DNA of 64,000 bases, from contig CM097885.1 in assembly GCA_044892525.1 (NCBI GenBank), forward strand, positions 158,968,001 to 159,032,000. The letters run 5' to 3'. This document shows, in pieces, positions 51,094 through 64,000 of the stretch. A program made the position numbers and the translations under genes. Each line of letters starts with the position of its first letter. Position 1 is the first letter of the stretch. The DNA is from Schmidtea polychroa. Its lineage: Eukaryota. A model generated the notes under the pieces. The model was not told the origin of the DNA and ran no database searches. It saw only the letters and a list, made by a program, of their open reading frames with translations.

Positions 51094-51558
51094 ATGCCTA
51101 ACATCAGACCAGAAGACGGCCACGCGAGCCCCTCGGCATCTGCATCAGGACTCAGCACAACCCAAGAGGAGGCAGACGAATCCACCAGACTGAGCCGAGA
51201 TGAAGAAATCACCCGACTGAGGTCCCGGTGGATCTGGTGCAAGATTCACGACTGGACCTACCAGAATGTGTTCCCGGTGATCCCGAAGGTAGAGCCCTTC
51301 GTCAACGCCACCTCCCTCGCTCTGATCGAAGCCTTTGAAAATGTCAAGGCTGCCATGGATCAACTACAACGGCTCGAGGATGCAACCCTAGCCGGCGAAC
51401 TGGAGGACATCGACGGGTACGCTAGGTTGCAATGCTACCCGGAACGGACAGCTACCATTCGCCGTGGCGTGGAACGCCCAAGGAGTCAATCACGGGGTTC
51501 CGAGCAAGCACGAAGGCGGGGGCGTCCGCGGAAGAACCGTCTCACATCGGATAGGTGA
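51094..51558 (+). CDS. AT-hook protein of unknown family (ORF1 of copy B), 154 aa
   Basis: ATG two nt after a CACAG acceptor; ITRLRSRWIWCKIHDW, KVEP and VKAA motifs; C-terminal RRRGRPRK. Confidence 0.75.
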   Translation: MPNIRPEDGHASPSASASGLSTTQEEADESTRLSRDEEITRLRSRWIWCKIHDWTYQNVFPVIPKVEPFVNATSLALIEAFENVKAAMDQLQRLEDATLAGELEDIDGYARLQCYPERTATIRRGVERPRSQSRGSEQARRRGRPRKNRLTSDR

Positions 51559-52043
51559 CCGTTGGACTGAATCATAACCCCTGTGACTAAACCTCATTTG
51601 GGCGCGTCTCCTTGTGGCGACTTTCCTTGCCAAATGGAAAACTAGTGTAGTTTTAGTTTGTCTTGACTTCGTTATAATCCATGTACGATGTACTATTATT
51701 TGATATCTTGTTTTGATTTAAGTGTTATCATTGTGTAATTTTGTAGTGATTTTATTATAATCCACGTGTGAAGTGTTATTCCTTTGTATTTTGTTTATTA
51801 ATCCGATTGTTTAGAATTCATCATAAAATACGCTTAAAATGGTATTATCTTATATTTTGTCTACTATCCCCAACCTCATAGCGTTTAGTAAGATCCATAA
51901 GGCTAAGTCTGGGGTTCAAATCTGCATTAATGTGAGGTTGCGACTTGGGGATTGTGGCTTATACTGCGAGGGGAGTAGCAGTAGGGCGTGGAAACTTGAC
52001 GAGAGTACGAGAAGTCATATTATTAATTACGTTTTTGTTTTAG

Positions 52044-52427
52044 TGATAAAGCTCTTAGAAGATATGCCAAGAAGATATATCAAGGCCCACTGCCGAAATT
52101 TCGGAAGTACTTGGTTCCCGCCAGCCGAGATGAAGAAGCGCCTGAAACTGATTTCGCAGTTGCAGTTGCAGAGTGTGAGAATTGGAAACCCAGATCCACC
52201 AACAACCAATCGAGTAAGACACGATCTGCAAGATCCAACCGATGACCGAAATTTTCTGCAAACCGAAGGGACTCGTATCTTCCATCCTTCCTAGGAAGAA
52301 AATCGGACCGGGTAAGGCTGCTTGCGCTAGAATACGACAGGCCAGCCTGGCCCAAACACCAAGTCAATCGATTCCCCAAGGACTACCCCGAAGGAGTCTA
52401 CCAGAGCCTCATGAACTCGTGATATAA
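52044..52427 (+). pseudogene. Frameshifted ORF2 coiled-coil gene of copy B
   Basis: After a TTTTAG acceptor: IKLLEDM...HCRNFGSTWFPPAEMKKRLKLISQLQLQS; homology continues in shifted frames (RELET, KIQPM, RKKIG, RLLALEYDR). Confidence 0.7.
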
Positions 52428-52463
52428 AGGGTGTGATCTCAAATAAAAAATCATTGTTGTTAT

Positions 52464-53022
52464 GGCTGACCGTCAACTCGCCAGAAAAAAACTCGCCAAT
52501 GAATTAAATATTTTTAAAATATTTTTAAAATTTATAATTAACCCTAATGCAATTTATCAAAAGCCAAAGAGGAAAGTCAATACTTGTATTAGATGGGTTT
52601 TTATACAACCAGGATGCAACCAGGACTTTTTATTGCGCTTGCATTTGTTCCCCTTAGTAAAGTAGAACAGTATTATTTTTTAATTCTTGAATATTGCTGT
52701 AATGAAAACATACCAGAAATCGCAGAATTTAGAAATTACTTTGAAAGAATGTACATTGGATGTTATAAAGATAGTATAAAAATCTTACGAAAAAATATAT
52801 AGTTGCGGAGATACAGTAGTCTTACCTTATATAGTAGTAGACTATCCGACAGGATGTTTTGTACCCCTAGGGGTACAGCGTCTAAGGGTATAGGTCACAA
52901 GGGTATACGTACATTCAACACTTTTTTTAGAATTTTAAATAAAAATTTTTATTTTAAATATTTTATTTTTTCTGGCGAGTTGACGGATAAATTTTTTCTG
53001 GCGAGTTTCCGTCAAATCGCCT
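52464..53022 (+). mobile_element. Mutator (MULE)-like remnant
   Basis: Imperfect TIRs built of AACTCGCCAGAAAAAA units; internal ALAFVPLSKVE...EFRNYFERMYIG resembles the MULE transposase C-terminus; no clean TSD. Confidence 0.6.
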
Positions 53023-53707
53023 ATAATTGTCACAAACAAATATTTTTGCGGAGACTCTGTTGGTATCAACAATTTTTTCCCCACAGTATAATCACATTAT
53101 CTTATAACATTATTATCGAATAAGTACCAAAGTTTATTCAATCATAGTAAGGAATGAGTTTGAATTATAACTGGGCTTAGCAAAGTAATAAAGTTAATAA
53201 AGTCAATAAATTCACTTGAAAAAGGCAGTGCCGAAAATTCGTGAGTATCAACAAACATCGATATATTACTGATTTATAGTCTTCAAACTCTCTTTTTAAT
53301 TCAATGGATAAAATAATCAGTGGTGAAATTGGAAGAAATATAAGTTCTTATAATAATAACTTTATATTAATAACTTTTCTCAATAATTACCTCAACAAGC
53401 ATCATTAAATCGTATAAGATACTGTGCAAATATAGAATGTTTTAATATTTTTATTTTTAAATTTACTTTAAACTTTTCGATAACATTTATATTTTATTTA
53501 TATTATTTATTTATTCTCGCAAAATATTTATTAATATAAATTTAATAATGACATTTAATTCGAAATGTTGAAAAACAAAACATTGTTTGATAAGATAATT
53601 TTAAAAGGTGTTTAAATGTATCAATATTAGAATAAATTATTGTTATATAGTAACTTCATTTAAGACTATTTAAAGTTAATACAAGGAACATCTTGGATCA
53701 GATTTTA

Positions 53708-54122
53708 ATGAATGAGGAAAGGCTGCAGTATTTACCACCAGTTGACTCATTAATGTATGCAATGGATCCTTATTATCATAAAGGTTCACTAATGAAAATT
53801 TTGAATTTTTTTTATCTTTCTAAATTTATCACAAATATTTATTTCTAATTTGATATTCTAATTTTTCTAGAAAATCTTAGAATATCCGACCATAAATCTG
53901 AAAATTCTTTTTCCGGATCAAATAGTCAGTCAGGTATTGTTTTAATTCTGATTTATATCCGCATTTTTCATTTTTCAATTTCATCATTACAGCAACCTCG
54001 TCATACTTTTGGATTTATAACGCCAGTAACAAAGGACCTAAGAAAAGATATAATGTTGATATTGATGAAAATAGTTTTGATCCTTTAAGTTTGACTTATG
54101 AAGATCCCATAAAAGAAGTAAA
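53708..54122 (+). CDS. Putative spliced gene fragment, unknown product
   Basis: ATG 53708; GT-AG introns 53784-53870 and 53934-53992 keep the frame (MNEERLQYLPPVDSLMYAMDPYYHKENLRISDHK...); third-exon frame ambiguous. Confidence 0.4.
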
Positions 54123-56078
54123 AATTTTAATAAATTTTATATTTTGAAAAATTTTATTTAATTAAAATAATAATATTTAATAATGTAAAACAATTAATTA
54201 ATGATGCTACCAAGAAATCATCACTTTATACAATNNNNNNNNNNNNNNNNNNNNNNNNNNNNNNNNNNNNNNNNNNNNNNNNNNNNNNNNNNNNNNNNNN
54301 NNNNNNNNNNNNNNNNNNNNNNNNNNNNNNNNNNNNNNNNNNNNNNNNNNNNNNNNNNNNNNNNNNNNNNNNNNNNNNNNNTAAAACAAAAAATCAATTT
54401 CGTAGATGTTATGAATTATTATATATAACGATAATTGTTTAAGAAATGAAGTATTAATTATCAATTTTACAAAAATTAGTTACAGATTTTAATTAATCTT
54501 GACGTAATTATATAATGAATGCTATTCATTTGAGCATTGCCGATGATGCAATTGTATTCTAATTGAATTTTCTAAAAGCTATTTCCATTAGATATAAACA
54601 AAATGTATTATAGTAATTAATTTTTATTGGTAGAATAACTAGTGAAATATTGATTTGTTTCAATGAAAAATATATTATCATTGCTATTTTTATTTGATTA
54701 ACAGAATCAACTGGTTGACATTTGGTTCATTTTATTATTATTGCTGTTTTGATCTATTTTGGAATATTCATCCTTTAATATAAAATATTGGAATTAGTGA
54801 AGCGTAATAAAATACTGTTGAATCTATAATTTAAGGATTTTTACTGTATTGCATTTCCGCTGAAAATTGGAAGAAAACACACACACGCACATGCATATAT
54901 TCTATGTTAAGAAATACTGAAAATTTATTTAAATAAAAGTATGACTCATGGCATGACTCATTGTATTTGTTCTCAAAAGTATGACTCATGTCCATTATTT
55001 AAATGGACAGACCTGCATTTCTGAAAATGTAAATGGCTAAGGGGGGTGGTTGAGTCTCCCTTTTATCTACTATGGATGTTGTAGGTTTCAGTTTTCACAT
55101 CAATACTTTCACTTTTTCATTTTGGATGTGATTTCAATGTCTTCAAAATACTTTGGTAGGGTTTTACAGATACTCTTTGTTCATTCATTTGCATTTGGAA
55201 TATATTTCCACTTTTTTACTTTTGCAATAATTTTACACTGGAACATTATCTCCACAAGTTGCTTGATTTTATTTTACTTGAAACAAAGCATTCTACCTTG
55301 GACTTGAAATTGATTCAAGAGTCGAATAAAGTGTTTCCAGTCCGAGCTTTGTTTGGACTCGCAGCAAGAACAGTTCATTTTCCCGACTTTTCATTCAATT
55401 ATTTGGGGGAGGCTGATCTTTCATCTTTTTAAGAGTCATATTGGTGTAAGAAATATTTTAAAAACATCAAAAAACTTCCAAAATTATATCGTTACATAAC
55501 AAAAATACATTTACCCGATCACAAAATATTTGAAATCCAAAAATTGACACGTGCCAACTACTTGCAGTGTTCAATAAAAGAAAACTGTAAATCCTGGATA
55601 TCTGTTGAAGAAGTTTTCAATTGGTTTTCAACGCCCATATATAATGTTTTTAAGTATCCCTCCTTTGCAATTTCACTGCCTTTAATGGCATGTCATAGGC
55701 CATTTGTGGTAGAAATTTCAGATATTTTCACGAGTAACATCTCACAATTGAGGGTTAATTCAATAATTTTTCTGAAAATAAAATTTATTTATTTTATAAT
55801 TATTTTTATTTATTTGCGATAACATCAGTTGTGGATTCATCAAATAATTCTATTGGCTGTTATCGCGCATTAATTTAGATGTTTTAAACAAGTTATTGAT
55901 TTAATTTAGATTTACTTTTCTATTTAATCTTCTTCCATCAATTCTTATGATGTTTATGGAAACTTTTCCATAATTTTCTTAAAATTATTTTCTACAATTT
56001 TTCACTCGATGCGCAAATTCGAGCCATATCGTTTTTTCAATTTATTTAATTAAGGTTCTTCAAATTTACATTCAACTA

Positions 56079-58456
56079 ACGGGTAACTCCATTCCTAATA
56101 GCATGACTATTCCTAATAATATGATCATACTATTATTCCTAATAAAAAGTCATACTATTAAATAGTATGACCATTAATATTTAATGATTTTTTAAAATTC
56201 TTTTGTATCAATAATACAATTTCTATAATAATATTTTCTTATAAATCACCCCAATGAAAAAAAGAAGATTTACAATTGCTTTTAAGAAAGAAGTGATTTC
56301 ATATATGGAGCTTGGAAATTCATGTTATAAGGCAAAAAACATTTTCGGCGACAGAGATAATCAATCTATGTTTCAGCAGTGGTATAAGAACAAAAAAGCG
56401 ATTAGTGCACAATCTGCATCGCTGAAAAGAGCGTTTGGAGGCGGAAGGAAGCCTTTGCTGGGATCTCTTGAAGAATTAATTTTTGATGAAATTATTGAAT
56501 TAAATATAATGAAAATAAAAGTTACTCGAACTTTCATATCCGATCGCGCTATTACATTAGGAGAACAAAATTATATTGACATCAAAGCTTCAAGCCGCTG
56601 GATTGACGGTTTCATGAAAAGAAAGGGATTGTCGCTTAGAAGAGCAACTAACTTTACGAATTTATCAGATGATACGTTAATTTCACATGCCATTAATTAT
56701 ATGGGTTTTTAACAGATACGATCCCTAATGTTGACTTGTCGAAAACATTGTTAATGGATGAAACAGCTGTTTATTTCGAGGATAATAGGAACCATACAGT
56801 TCATTTAAAAGGACGGAGACACGTAATAATGAAACCAACAGTGTTTTATTCAGCCCAAAGAAAAGAAATATAAAACTTGTGGTAATACCCGGCGGATTAA
56901 CCCCCTATATACAAGTAGGAGATATTTTTAAAGAATTTAAAGACATAATTTTCAGTTTTATTAATATTTTATTATAATTTTATTAATATTAGGAAATAGA
57001 ATACATGTTAGGTTCGATGGGTAGTTACTCAAACTAACGCAGTTGTAAATCTGATTCCAATAGATTTTACTGATAGAAAAGCGTGTAATTGATTTTATGC
57101 AAATAAATAAATAACAAATATGGTTTTAAATATTTATTAAATATAAATGGATATATATGTTACAAAAACGATTCAAAATAAATGAAACCCAACCCTGGCT
57201 GTACGCTGAAGTTCAGATAACGGTTATTCAAACCGCCCTAAAGATTACTTATAAGTTTCAAGGCTGGCCCTAAATGCGCCAACAGCCCTATATAGGTGAC
57301 AAGACAAGATAAGGGATTTCCCGAGATTTATACGCGATACTATCAACCCAAAAAATTGGTTGATAGTTTATTTGTATAAGCCAAAACAGCTACAAAAATA
57401 TTTGCTGATGACTAAGCCCTGTTAATTTTTTATACAATATAAATAGAAATTAATTAACTAATTTATCTGTTCGGATTCCCAAGTGTCCTCTGTAAAAACC
57501 AGAAATAGTTATGGTTAAATCAAAACTAAAATTCTTTCGCGAAGTTAAAATTCCAAGATCGCTTCTTTCCAAATATTAACAGAACGTAGATCGATTTGTC
57601 GTAATTAATTTTGACGCATTTATTAAATTATCTGTAAATGTTAGATCTAGTTTGTGTGAGATTCGATGATTGCAAGTATTTGTTGATAGTAACTTCTCGA
57701 ATTGGTATGCTTCAGTTGATCTGACTATTGTTCGTCCAACTAATTTGTCAAATTTTTTTCTGACTATTTTTGTCCTCCAACTAAAATTTTGTACTGATAT
57801 TTATATTATTTTAAAATAATTAATTCTATTTTTAGTAATTTTTTAATTACTAAATATATGTAATTATATTTATTAAAATATTATTATTATTTATAATCTA
57901 AATAGTAATTTTTAATTACTATTTATATTTTAATCCTAACTATAGTAATTATTTTCTATTTTAAGTAATTATTAAACACTAATTATAGATAATTTATTTA
58001 ATTTTCTAAAAAATTCCTAATGTAATTATCCCGGCTCCTACTGACCCCAACATACACAAGACGTGGAAATCCCAAGGCTCCTAGCCAAGGGCTTGTGAAT
58101 CTTTGGATTAGTAATGCTTGGAGCTCTATGTCTATCCAAAACATAAAAAACTCTTCAATCGGCTGGGTTTTCGGAGAATTTCGAGGATTGGCATATATCT
58201 AAACATGATATTTATGGTGAGAGATTCCGAAACGAATTTATTAATTCGATATTTGAAAATTCAACACCAACTCAGAACGAGTACGATTTTGAACCAGATG
58301 TATTTGCTCTAGCTGATGAATGATTAAAAATACAATTATGTTTTTTATGTTTCTATAAATTCAAATAGTATGACTAATTTACTTAACCATGAAAAGAATT
58401 TTTATTTTTGGTCATATAATTAAATAATATGACTCATACTATTTGGAGTTATCCGT
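56079..58456 (+). mobile_element. pogo/Tigger-type (POGK-like) transposon, decayed, with ~1 kb internal insertion
   Basis: TIRs ACGGGTAACTCC/GGAGTTATCCGT flanked by TA; CENP-B-type HTH ORF 56254-56712, LMDETAVYF, VIPGGLTPYIQVGD, and C-terminal YTRRGNPKAPSQGLVNLWISNAW at ~58050. Confidence 0.8.
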
Positions 58457-59179
58457 TAATTATTATTCCTACCTTTTTGTTATTATTATTTTATTTTTTC
58501 TTATTTTTCGAGATGGTAGGTTTCTCAAATTCGATATGTAATCCCTAAATATTTCGGTGCTTGCTAATTTCATTTTAGTTATAGGGGAGTTTAAATCAAT
58601 TTAGTGCTGTTGCGGATATGTTTTTTCAACACAATAAAACAATTTCAAAATCTTAGTTTTAGTACAACAGGCCTATTTATCTGGAATGGGTAACAAGCAT
58701 TTGACTGAAATACCTTATTTTACCTTACTATAAAAACAGAAAAGCGAAAACTTTGTAGAAAAATGATGACTTTGTTCCATAGCAATCAAAACTATTAAAA
58801 TAAAATGAATTTACGGACAACTGTAATTTTGTGATGTTTTAGCGCATATCAATCTTTTGTAGTCGTTGAGGTTAAGGACAAGCGCAAAATGTCAATTATT
58901 TTATTATTATGTAGGCTGTTATCACATTTTACATGTGGTACATAGAAGTATCGGCGATCAACTAAGGGTTAAGAGGACTTCAATTAGCAAACAAACTCTA
59001 ATGGTGGGTCGTTGAAATGACAACAGATGTTTAAATTACAGTAAATGACAAATATTATGGTGTCTCGTGTTTGGTAAAATATAAAAGGATTTTTGACTTT
59101 ATTGAAAAATAAAAATCACAATATTCATACACAAAAAAAGAATGAAATTTTGCTTTAAAATTTATTATTACCAGCTTAA

Positions 59180-59395
59180 CCCTCTGACAGAGTATCCCGC
59201 AATTTACGCGTGGAGTATCTACAGTTTTAATTATACGCATCTCGCGATTTGGACGTGCTCGCATTTATTTATGTTTTCTCACGTTGCTATTCCACGATTT
59301 CCCAGTCCAAAATGTCTTTCTGTGCTGATAATTTTATCCCGATTTCGACGTAATAACATTTTTTAATCAAATTTGAAAAAAACGCGGTCAGAGGG
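59180..59395. mobile_element. piggyBac-type MITE
   Basis: TTAA|CCCTCTGAC ... GTCAGAGGG|TTAA. Confidence 0.85.
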
Positions 59396-59861
59396 TTAAC
59401 AGACATTAAACGAAAGTTCTTTCTGAAGTTGACAATATTTTTGTAAATCATTCGGTAGTATAATTGTATTCTATTTCACTGTAAAATTTATCTTCAATAT
59501 TGCTTTAGTTTTACTACGGCAAAAGTTCTTATTTTCACTGAATTTCGATTGCTATATAGGAAATTTCTAAAAATATTTAAACCTTTAGATATCACAGTCT
59601 GGGAAATCAGCGAAGAGGAGAAAGAGTGAGGCTAATTGTACAATGCCCAATCTTCAGAATTTCATCAAAATCGGCAACAACATTTTTAGATCAACACAAT
59701 CTTATAAACATGTTATGCAAAATGAAGGTAGAATCTCCCCAAAGCAAAGAAATATTCTCGCAAGCAAGTAATAAATATTATTTTTATTATTTATTAATTT
59801 TGATTTCTACAATTATAAAAAACTAAATTCATCGTTGAGATAATTTCCACTTTGAGTTTAA

Positions 59862-59985
59862 TATGTTAACTGTCACGCATGTTTTACATGTCAAAATTTA
59901 ATTGTAAGATTTTATAATCCACGATATTTACCTTATTTTAATCATTCTAAAAAATAATAGTTCTACTCACGTGGCAGTCAACGTG
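59862..59985. mobile_element. Small degenerate piggyBac-type MITE
   Basis: TTAA on both sides; TIR CACGTTGACTGCCACG vs TATGTTAACTGTCACG (4 transitions). Confidence 0.5.
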
Positions 59986-61979
59986 TTAAACTTTAATTAT
60001 TAAGCTTCATCTACCAATTCAAAGTTGATAATTCGGTTTTCGACTGTAGATCAATGTTTTTCCTAATACACACAAATTTTCGGCACAGACTTTTTCATAT
60101 GGAATCGAACAAAATTTATCATTTAACTTTATCTTATTCTTAACACGGCGATCACGGGATTTACCAGAATGAAGGTTGTTAGACGCAATTAAATTCAAGT
60201 CTTCTTCAAGCATTTATTTTTATAACAACTTCAAAATTGTGTCGTTTACTAGCGTATTTAAACACTGAGGCGTGATAATTATTAATATTAATGTAATATT
60301 AATGTAATTTAATTGATTTAATTTAATATAATTTAATATAATATAATATAATTTAATATAGAATTTAAATATAAAAATTTAACAGAAATAATTATTTCTA
60401 CTAACTGATCTCACTTCTGCCATTTAACCATAATAATTTTATATTGGGGTTTACTAACTCCTTACAAAGGTCATAGAAAGTTTGATTACACCAATGTTCC
60501 AGCCAGACTACTATGTCAAAACCGTTATTTTGATCTTAATGGTTTAGAAAAACAACATCGAAACATGATATCAAAAGATAAATATTGCCAATCTATGAAG
60601 CTGTTTTAGATACAGGTCACGGATTTAAGAATAAATTGTGAAAAGCATTTTTAAAGCTAACATCTTTGAAGATTTTTTGGAAATCGTTGGAATGAAGAAT
60701 AATTGACTGGATATTTTTTAGTGCATTGCGTTAAAGAAACAGAAACAAAGAGAGAAATAAAAATGCAAGATTCCAAGATTGAAAAAATCAAAGAAGTTAT
60801 AAGAAAAGCTAATGCTTTTAATGATGAAATTTTCTCAATTGTAGCAGCTCAAAGAAAAGACATATTAGTCGACAGTATATCAAAGAAAAGAGACAATCAT
60901 GTTATTCTTCTGACAGAAGCCATCTTAACAGGCAATGTGCAGATAATGAACACAAAAAACCTTTTGGTATGCTTGCAAAGAAGGGGGACATATGAGAAAC
61001 AAGGGTCCTAATATTCCCTGTTCAACTTATCGAAGAAGTCGCTTGAAATTTCAATGCTGTGACACAAACACAGATGACGTGATTTTTCGTGGGAAAATTT
61101 TTCAAAGTTCAGAGTGATAGGAATACAGGAAAACAAATATGAGGGAATTCAGAATTCAATGCGGGAATATACTGGAAAAGACGAAACAAGATGACTGATT
61201 TCCCTAAAGTCAGGTCCTTTAATGCGACGAGGTGATTGTGGCAATGCAATGGTAATAATGCTAGTTTTGTTAATGAGTATAATAGTGATAATTTCAGTAC
61301 CATGTTTATTTTGTAACTGATACATACAAAGCAAATAATTTTAAGTGTGATGTATAAATCCTCATATCTACTCATATCTTAATATGCTCAAATACCTTGT
61401 AGATAATTATGTAAAAGTTCTGCTTTATAATAATATACAACTAGCTGGATGAAAAACGTGACCCTAATGTAATAATTTTCCTTTGATTAAAAGTTTTTTC
61501 TTATAACAATATAATTAGAAATGTATTCAATTATTTTTCATGGTTACTCACCTATTTTGTTTTGTGCAAATTTGTTCCTTGCACATTCTTCACTTTTCCT
61601 TTAACAAATTTTGAATTGAATATTAAATATTTGATTATTAATTTAATTAAAGATTATGTGAATGTACGTAATGCTGTTTGTTGAATTCCTTATTTATACA
61701 TTCCCACATTGAATGAATTTCCTTGGGAGATTTGTTAAAATAATATTTTCGTGAAAATTATTATGTGAATATATATATATATATATTTTATAATTTGATT
61801 TTTATTAAAGACATTATCAATACGGAAAGCACTGTTAGCTAATGCTTAAATTATAAGAAAATAATATCTCGTTTAATAAAAAAAGCAATTTAGTAAATGA
61901 ATTTTCGTTGATTTACACAGACAAAATATTTTGGTTTTTGCATTTTAATTTTCAAAACTGTTATTTTTTAAATTTCTAG

Positions 61980-62499
61980 AATATGTCGCTTAAAGAAAAA
62001 GGCATATCATGAATCTTTGAAAATTAAATATACGGCCTTGGGAATTGAATATTGTAAAGATGTTTTATTTTGTTTTGTTTAATCATCTTTCAGGTGAAAT
62101 AATAAAATTATTGGATTGGATAGATAATTGCAAAAAAATGCTATTTCCCATGTCAGTGGAGATTATCAATAAAAAAATCGATGAAATTCACGGTAAGTAT
62201 TGATTTTATTTTTGAAATTATCGATTTCTGAGTGATATCTAGTCATTCGGGCCGCAGGTCGATTAAATCAATTCATAATGGGATTGGTGACTGGCATGAA
62301 TAAAGATTTCAGGGAAAATCCACAAATTATGAAATTGAGCACATTCAATCCAGACGAAGAACCGATTTACAAATTCGAATTCAGTCTCTCCGGAGAAATT
62401 GACGTTGACAATGAGCTAGATTTTCTAGTTGAAGCAGGTTTCATAGATGATTTTCTGAACTCTTCAGGAAGTACTTCATTCTCAGATGACTTCGTTTAA
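61980..62499 (+). CDS. 3' exons of an unknown spliced gene
   Basis: Two short GT-AG introns (about 40 and 50 nt) join ICRLKKKAYHESLKIKYTALGIEY-C-EIIKLLDWIDNCKKMLF...EIH-V-IRAAGRLNQ...SDDFV* in one frame. Confidence 0.55.
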
Positions 62500-62622
62500 T
62501 AACATTTTGCATATTTTATGAAAAAAGAATATTTTTATAATTAATATTATAAACAACCAGTTTTAATAAACTTATTTTTTTATTTTTAATTTGATATATC
62601 TTTAAATGATATTTTAATTGGC

Positions 62623-62690
<68 letters not shown>
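62623..62690. repeat. (AAT)n microsatellite
   Basis: Perfect AAT run. Confidence 0.98.
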
Positions 62691-62691
<1 letters not shown>

Positions 62692-62799
62692 GTGACAATA
62701 TTTAGACTGTTATTTTGTTTAGATATTCGGATTTTATATTAAATAAATATTATTATTTGGAAACAGTGTGTTAGATTTATTGAAAATTAATGCCAATGT

Positions 62800-63058
62800 T
62801 ATTGGTGACCACGCCGAAATCACAGCAAAGGCAGAAAATTGTGGAATCTTTGCCAAAGAATATTCAAGATTCAATTTATAAAGAAGTTTTTTGGAGGAAA
62901 AAAAGAAAATGCAAAGCGCTGTCTTGTATCTATTCAAGAATTTGTGATGATAAATTCGCTCAATTTAGGAGCAGCGTTCGATATGTTATTGCATGGAGAC
63001 GGAAAAGAGTTATGGATGACTTAGGGAAACACAAAAGACTCCGGCCTCAGATCAAGAG
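62800..63058 (+). pseudogene. Frameshifted exon-like ORF of unknown origin
   Basis: Two overlapping frames shift at an A-run (~62898); possible donor GAG|GTAAAA at the end. Confidence 0.25.
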
Positions 63059-63127
63059 GTAAAAAGTTGGTTTATTTTAAAATATGTAACATCCAAAAGT
63101 TTTTTTGCAATCTATCGAAGACATGAG

Positions 63128-64000
63128 TGGTAGGTTACTGGTGGTCAAATATTTATTCTTTACTGCTGTTACCAGCGTAACCCAAAATACAACGTTGTTT
63201 TACCGCTTGATACCCGTTGAGTAATCAACGTTGGTACTGTATCAAGTGGGTGAGTACTCGCAAAAAGTGAGCGCACCAACGGCTCTATAATTGTCGGTTA
63301 CTCTATGGGTCGACGGACTACCGTTATAAGGTATGTGTCCGATTTACTCAGGCCCCTTACCGAAATTGTTTTCCCAAACACCCTCATACAAATTTTCAGT
63401 TTTGGTTCGATTAATATACGTAGTTTGAGACGCGGTCTCGTAATGCTACTAATTACCCCATCAAAGAATAATCTTCTGCAATTTATTGATCAACTATCAG
63501 TGTTCACCATTCATCAATCGCAAACATTCGCGTTTATTTCAACAATCTTTACAAATTAAGGGAAAAGAAAACGGAGAATGTTCGAGAACTGAATTAGTTA
63601 AATTAGATCTGGTCTTTACACTTGAGTACGGAATAGGTGATGTCCATGTAAAATACGTTATTTCGCTCGTCATTACTAGTTCCACACCCGTTACTACATC
63701 CCTTAACATTATTGATCGAAAGTTCCTCATTATTGTGCATTGAGAAGTTCATACGCACGCCACGTTATAGCAAAACTAGTTTAATGTCTCTCGAAGCTAA
63801 TTATATCACCCTGCCGATTATTGTTACCAAAATTCATGATAATGTATTACTGAAGTTATATTATTAATCATATCTTTATTATTTCAAACAACGCGCCATA
63901 ACCGTCGTTATAGTGACGCTTGCCTGTGTGTGATTACATAACGGCATTTTTGCTTATGTGTGCTAGGGCGACTCCTCAGACAGATTTGCAGGTGTGTACT
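63128..64000 (-). mobile_element. Copy D: terminal block of another family member, extends beyond the window
   Basis: Begins TGGTAGGTTAC (cf. TGGTGGGTTAC at 37497) and aligns with 37497-37538 plus 39110-39320 for ~260 bp. Confidence 0.78.

Larger units (their letters stand above)
46461..52430 (+). mobile_element. Copy B: diverged relative of copy A, far end missing
   Basis: Starts TGTTGGGCTAGAACTGATTTCTAGACCCAAAA; ~650 bp clearly alignable to the reverse complement of 43720-44372, further motif blocks at 47340-47520, shared CCAAT 11-mer, ORF1 and ORF2 in the same order; terminal block absent before the MULE remnant. Confidence 0.78.

Noticed and set aside
39102-52430. Whole A+B region as one giant TIR or foldback element
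   Set aside because: Copy A has its own TSD and splits a continuous gypsy pol, and A and B are too diverged to be paired TIRs
55050-55800. Minus-strand fragments (MNCSCCE, WPMTCH...GGILK) resembling a DNA-transposon protein
   Set aside because: Too many stops to assign a family or boundaries

Overview
AT-rich eukaryotic (invertebrate-like) draft-genome window with ten N-gaps, (AAT)n/(ATT)n microsatellites and dense, nested transposon content. The host species cannot be determined from the sequence. Introns of 40-60 nt and the low GC would fit a flatworm-like or similar AT-rich animal, but this is inference. The only clearly intact host gene is a five-exon aminoacylase-1 (ACY1, 34146-35541). 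There is also a decayed proteasome alpha-1 (PSMA6-like) copy and a few orphan spliced or frameshifted ORFs. Mobile elements with termini and target duplications readable in the sequence are three hAT elements (8-bp TSDs), a Tc1/IS630-type element and a pogo-type element (TA), piggyBac MITEs (TTAA) and a non-autonomous Helitron; MULE, hAT and Ty3/gypsy remnants are also present. The most striking system is a family of ~5.3-kb TG...CA-bounded, solo-LTR-like units. Copy A (37497-44372) is complete, has a 4-bp TSD and splits a gypsy pol gene between protease and RT. It carries two unrecognised genes (an AT-hook protein and a coiled-coil protein with a CRxFxxTWF motif), a CCAAT-box region, conserved splice acceptors suggesting alternative splicing from a shared leader exon, and a hairpin-rich terminal block with a compensatory base-pair change between copies. 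Diverged relatives occur at 44860-45251, 46461-52430 and from 63128 to the window end.
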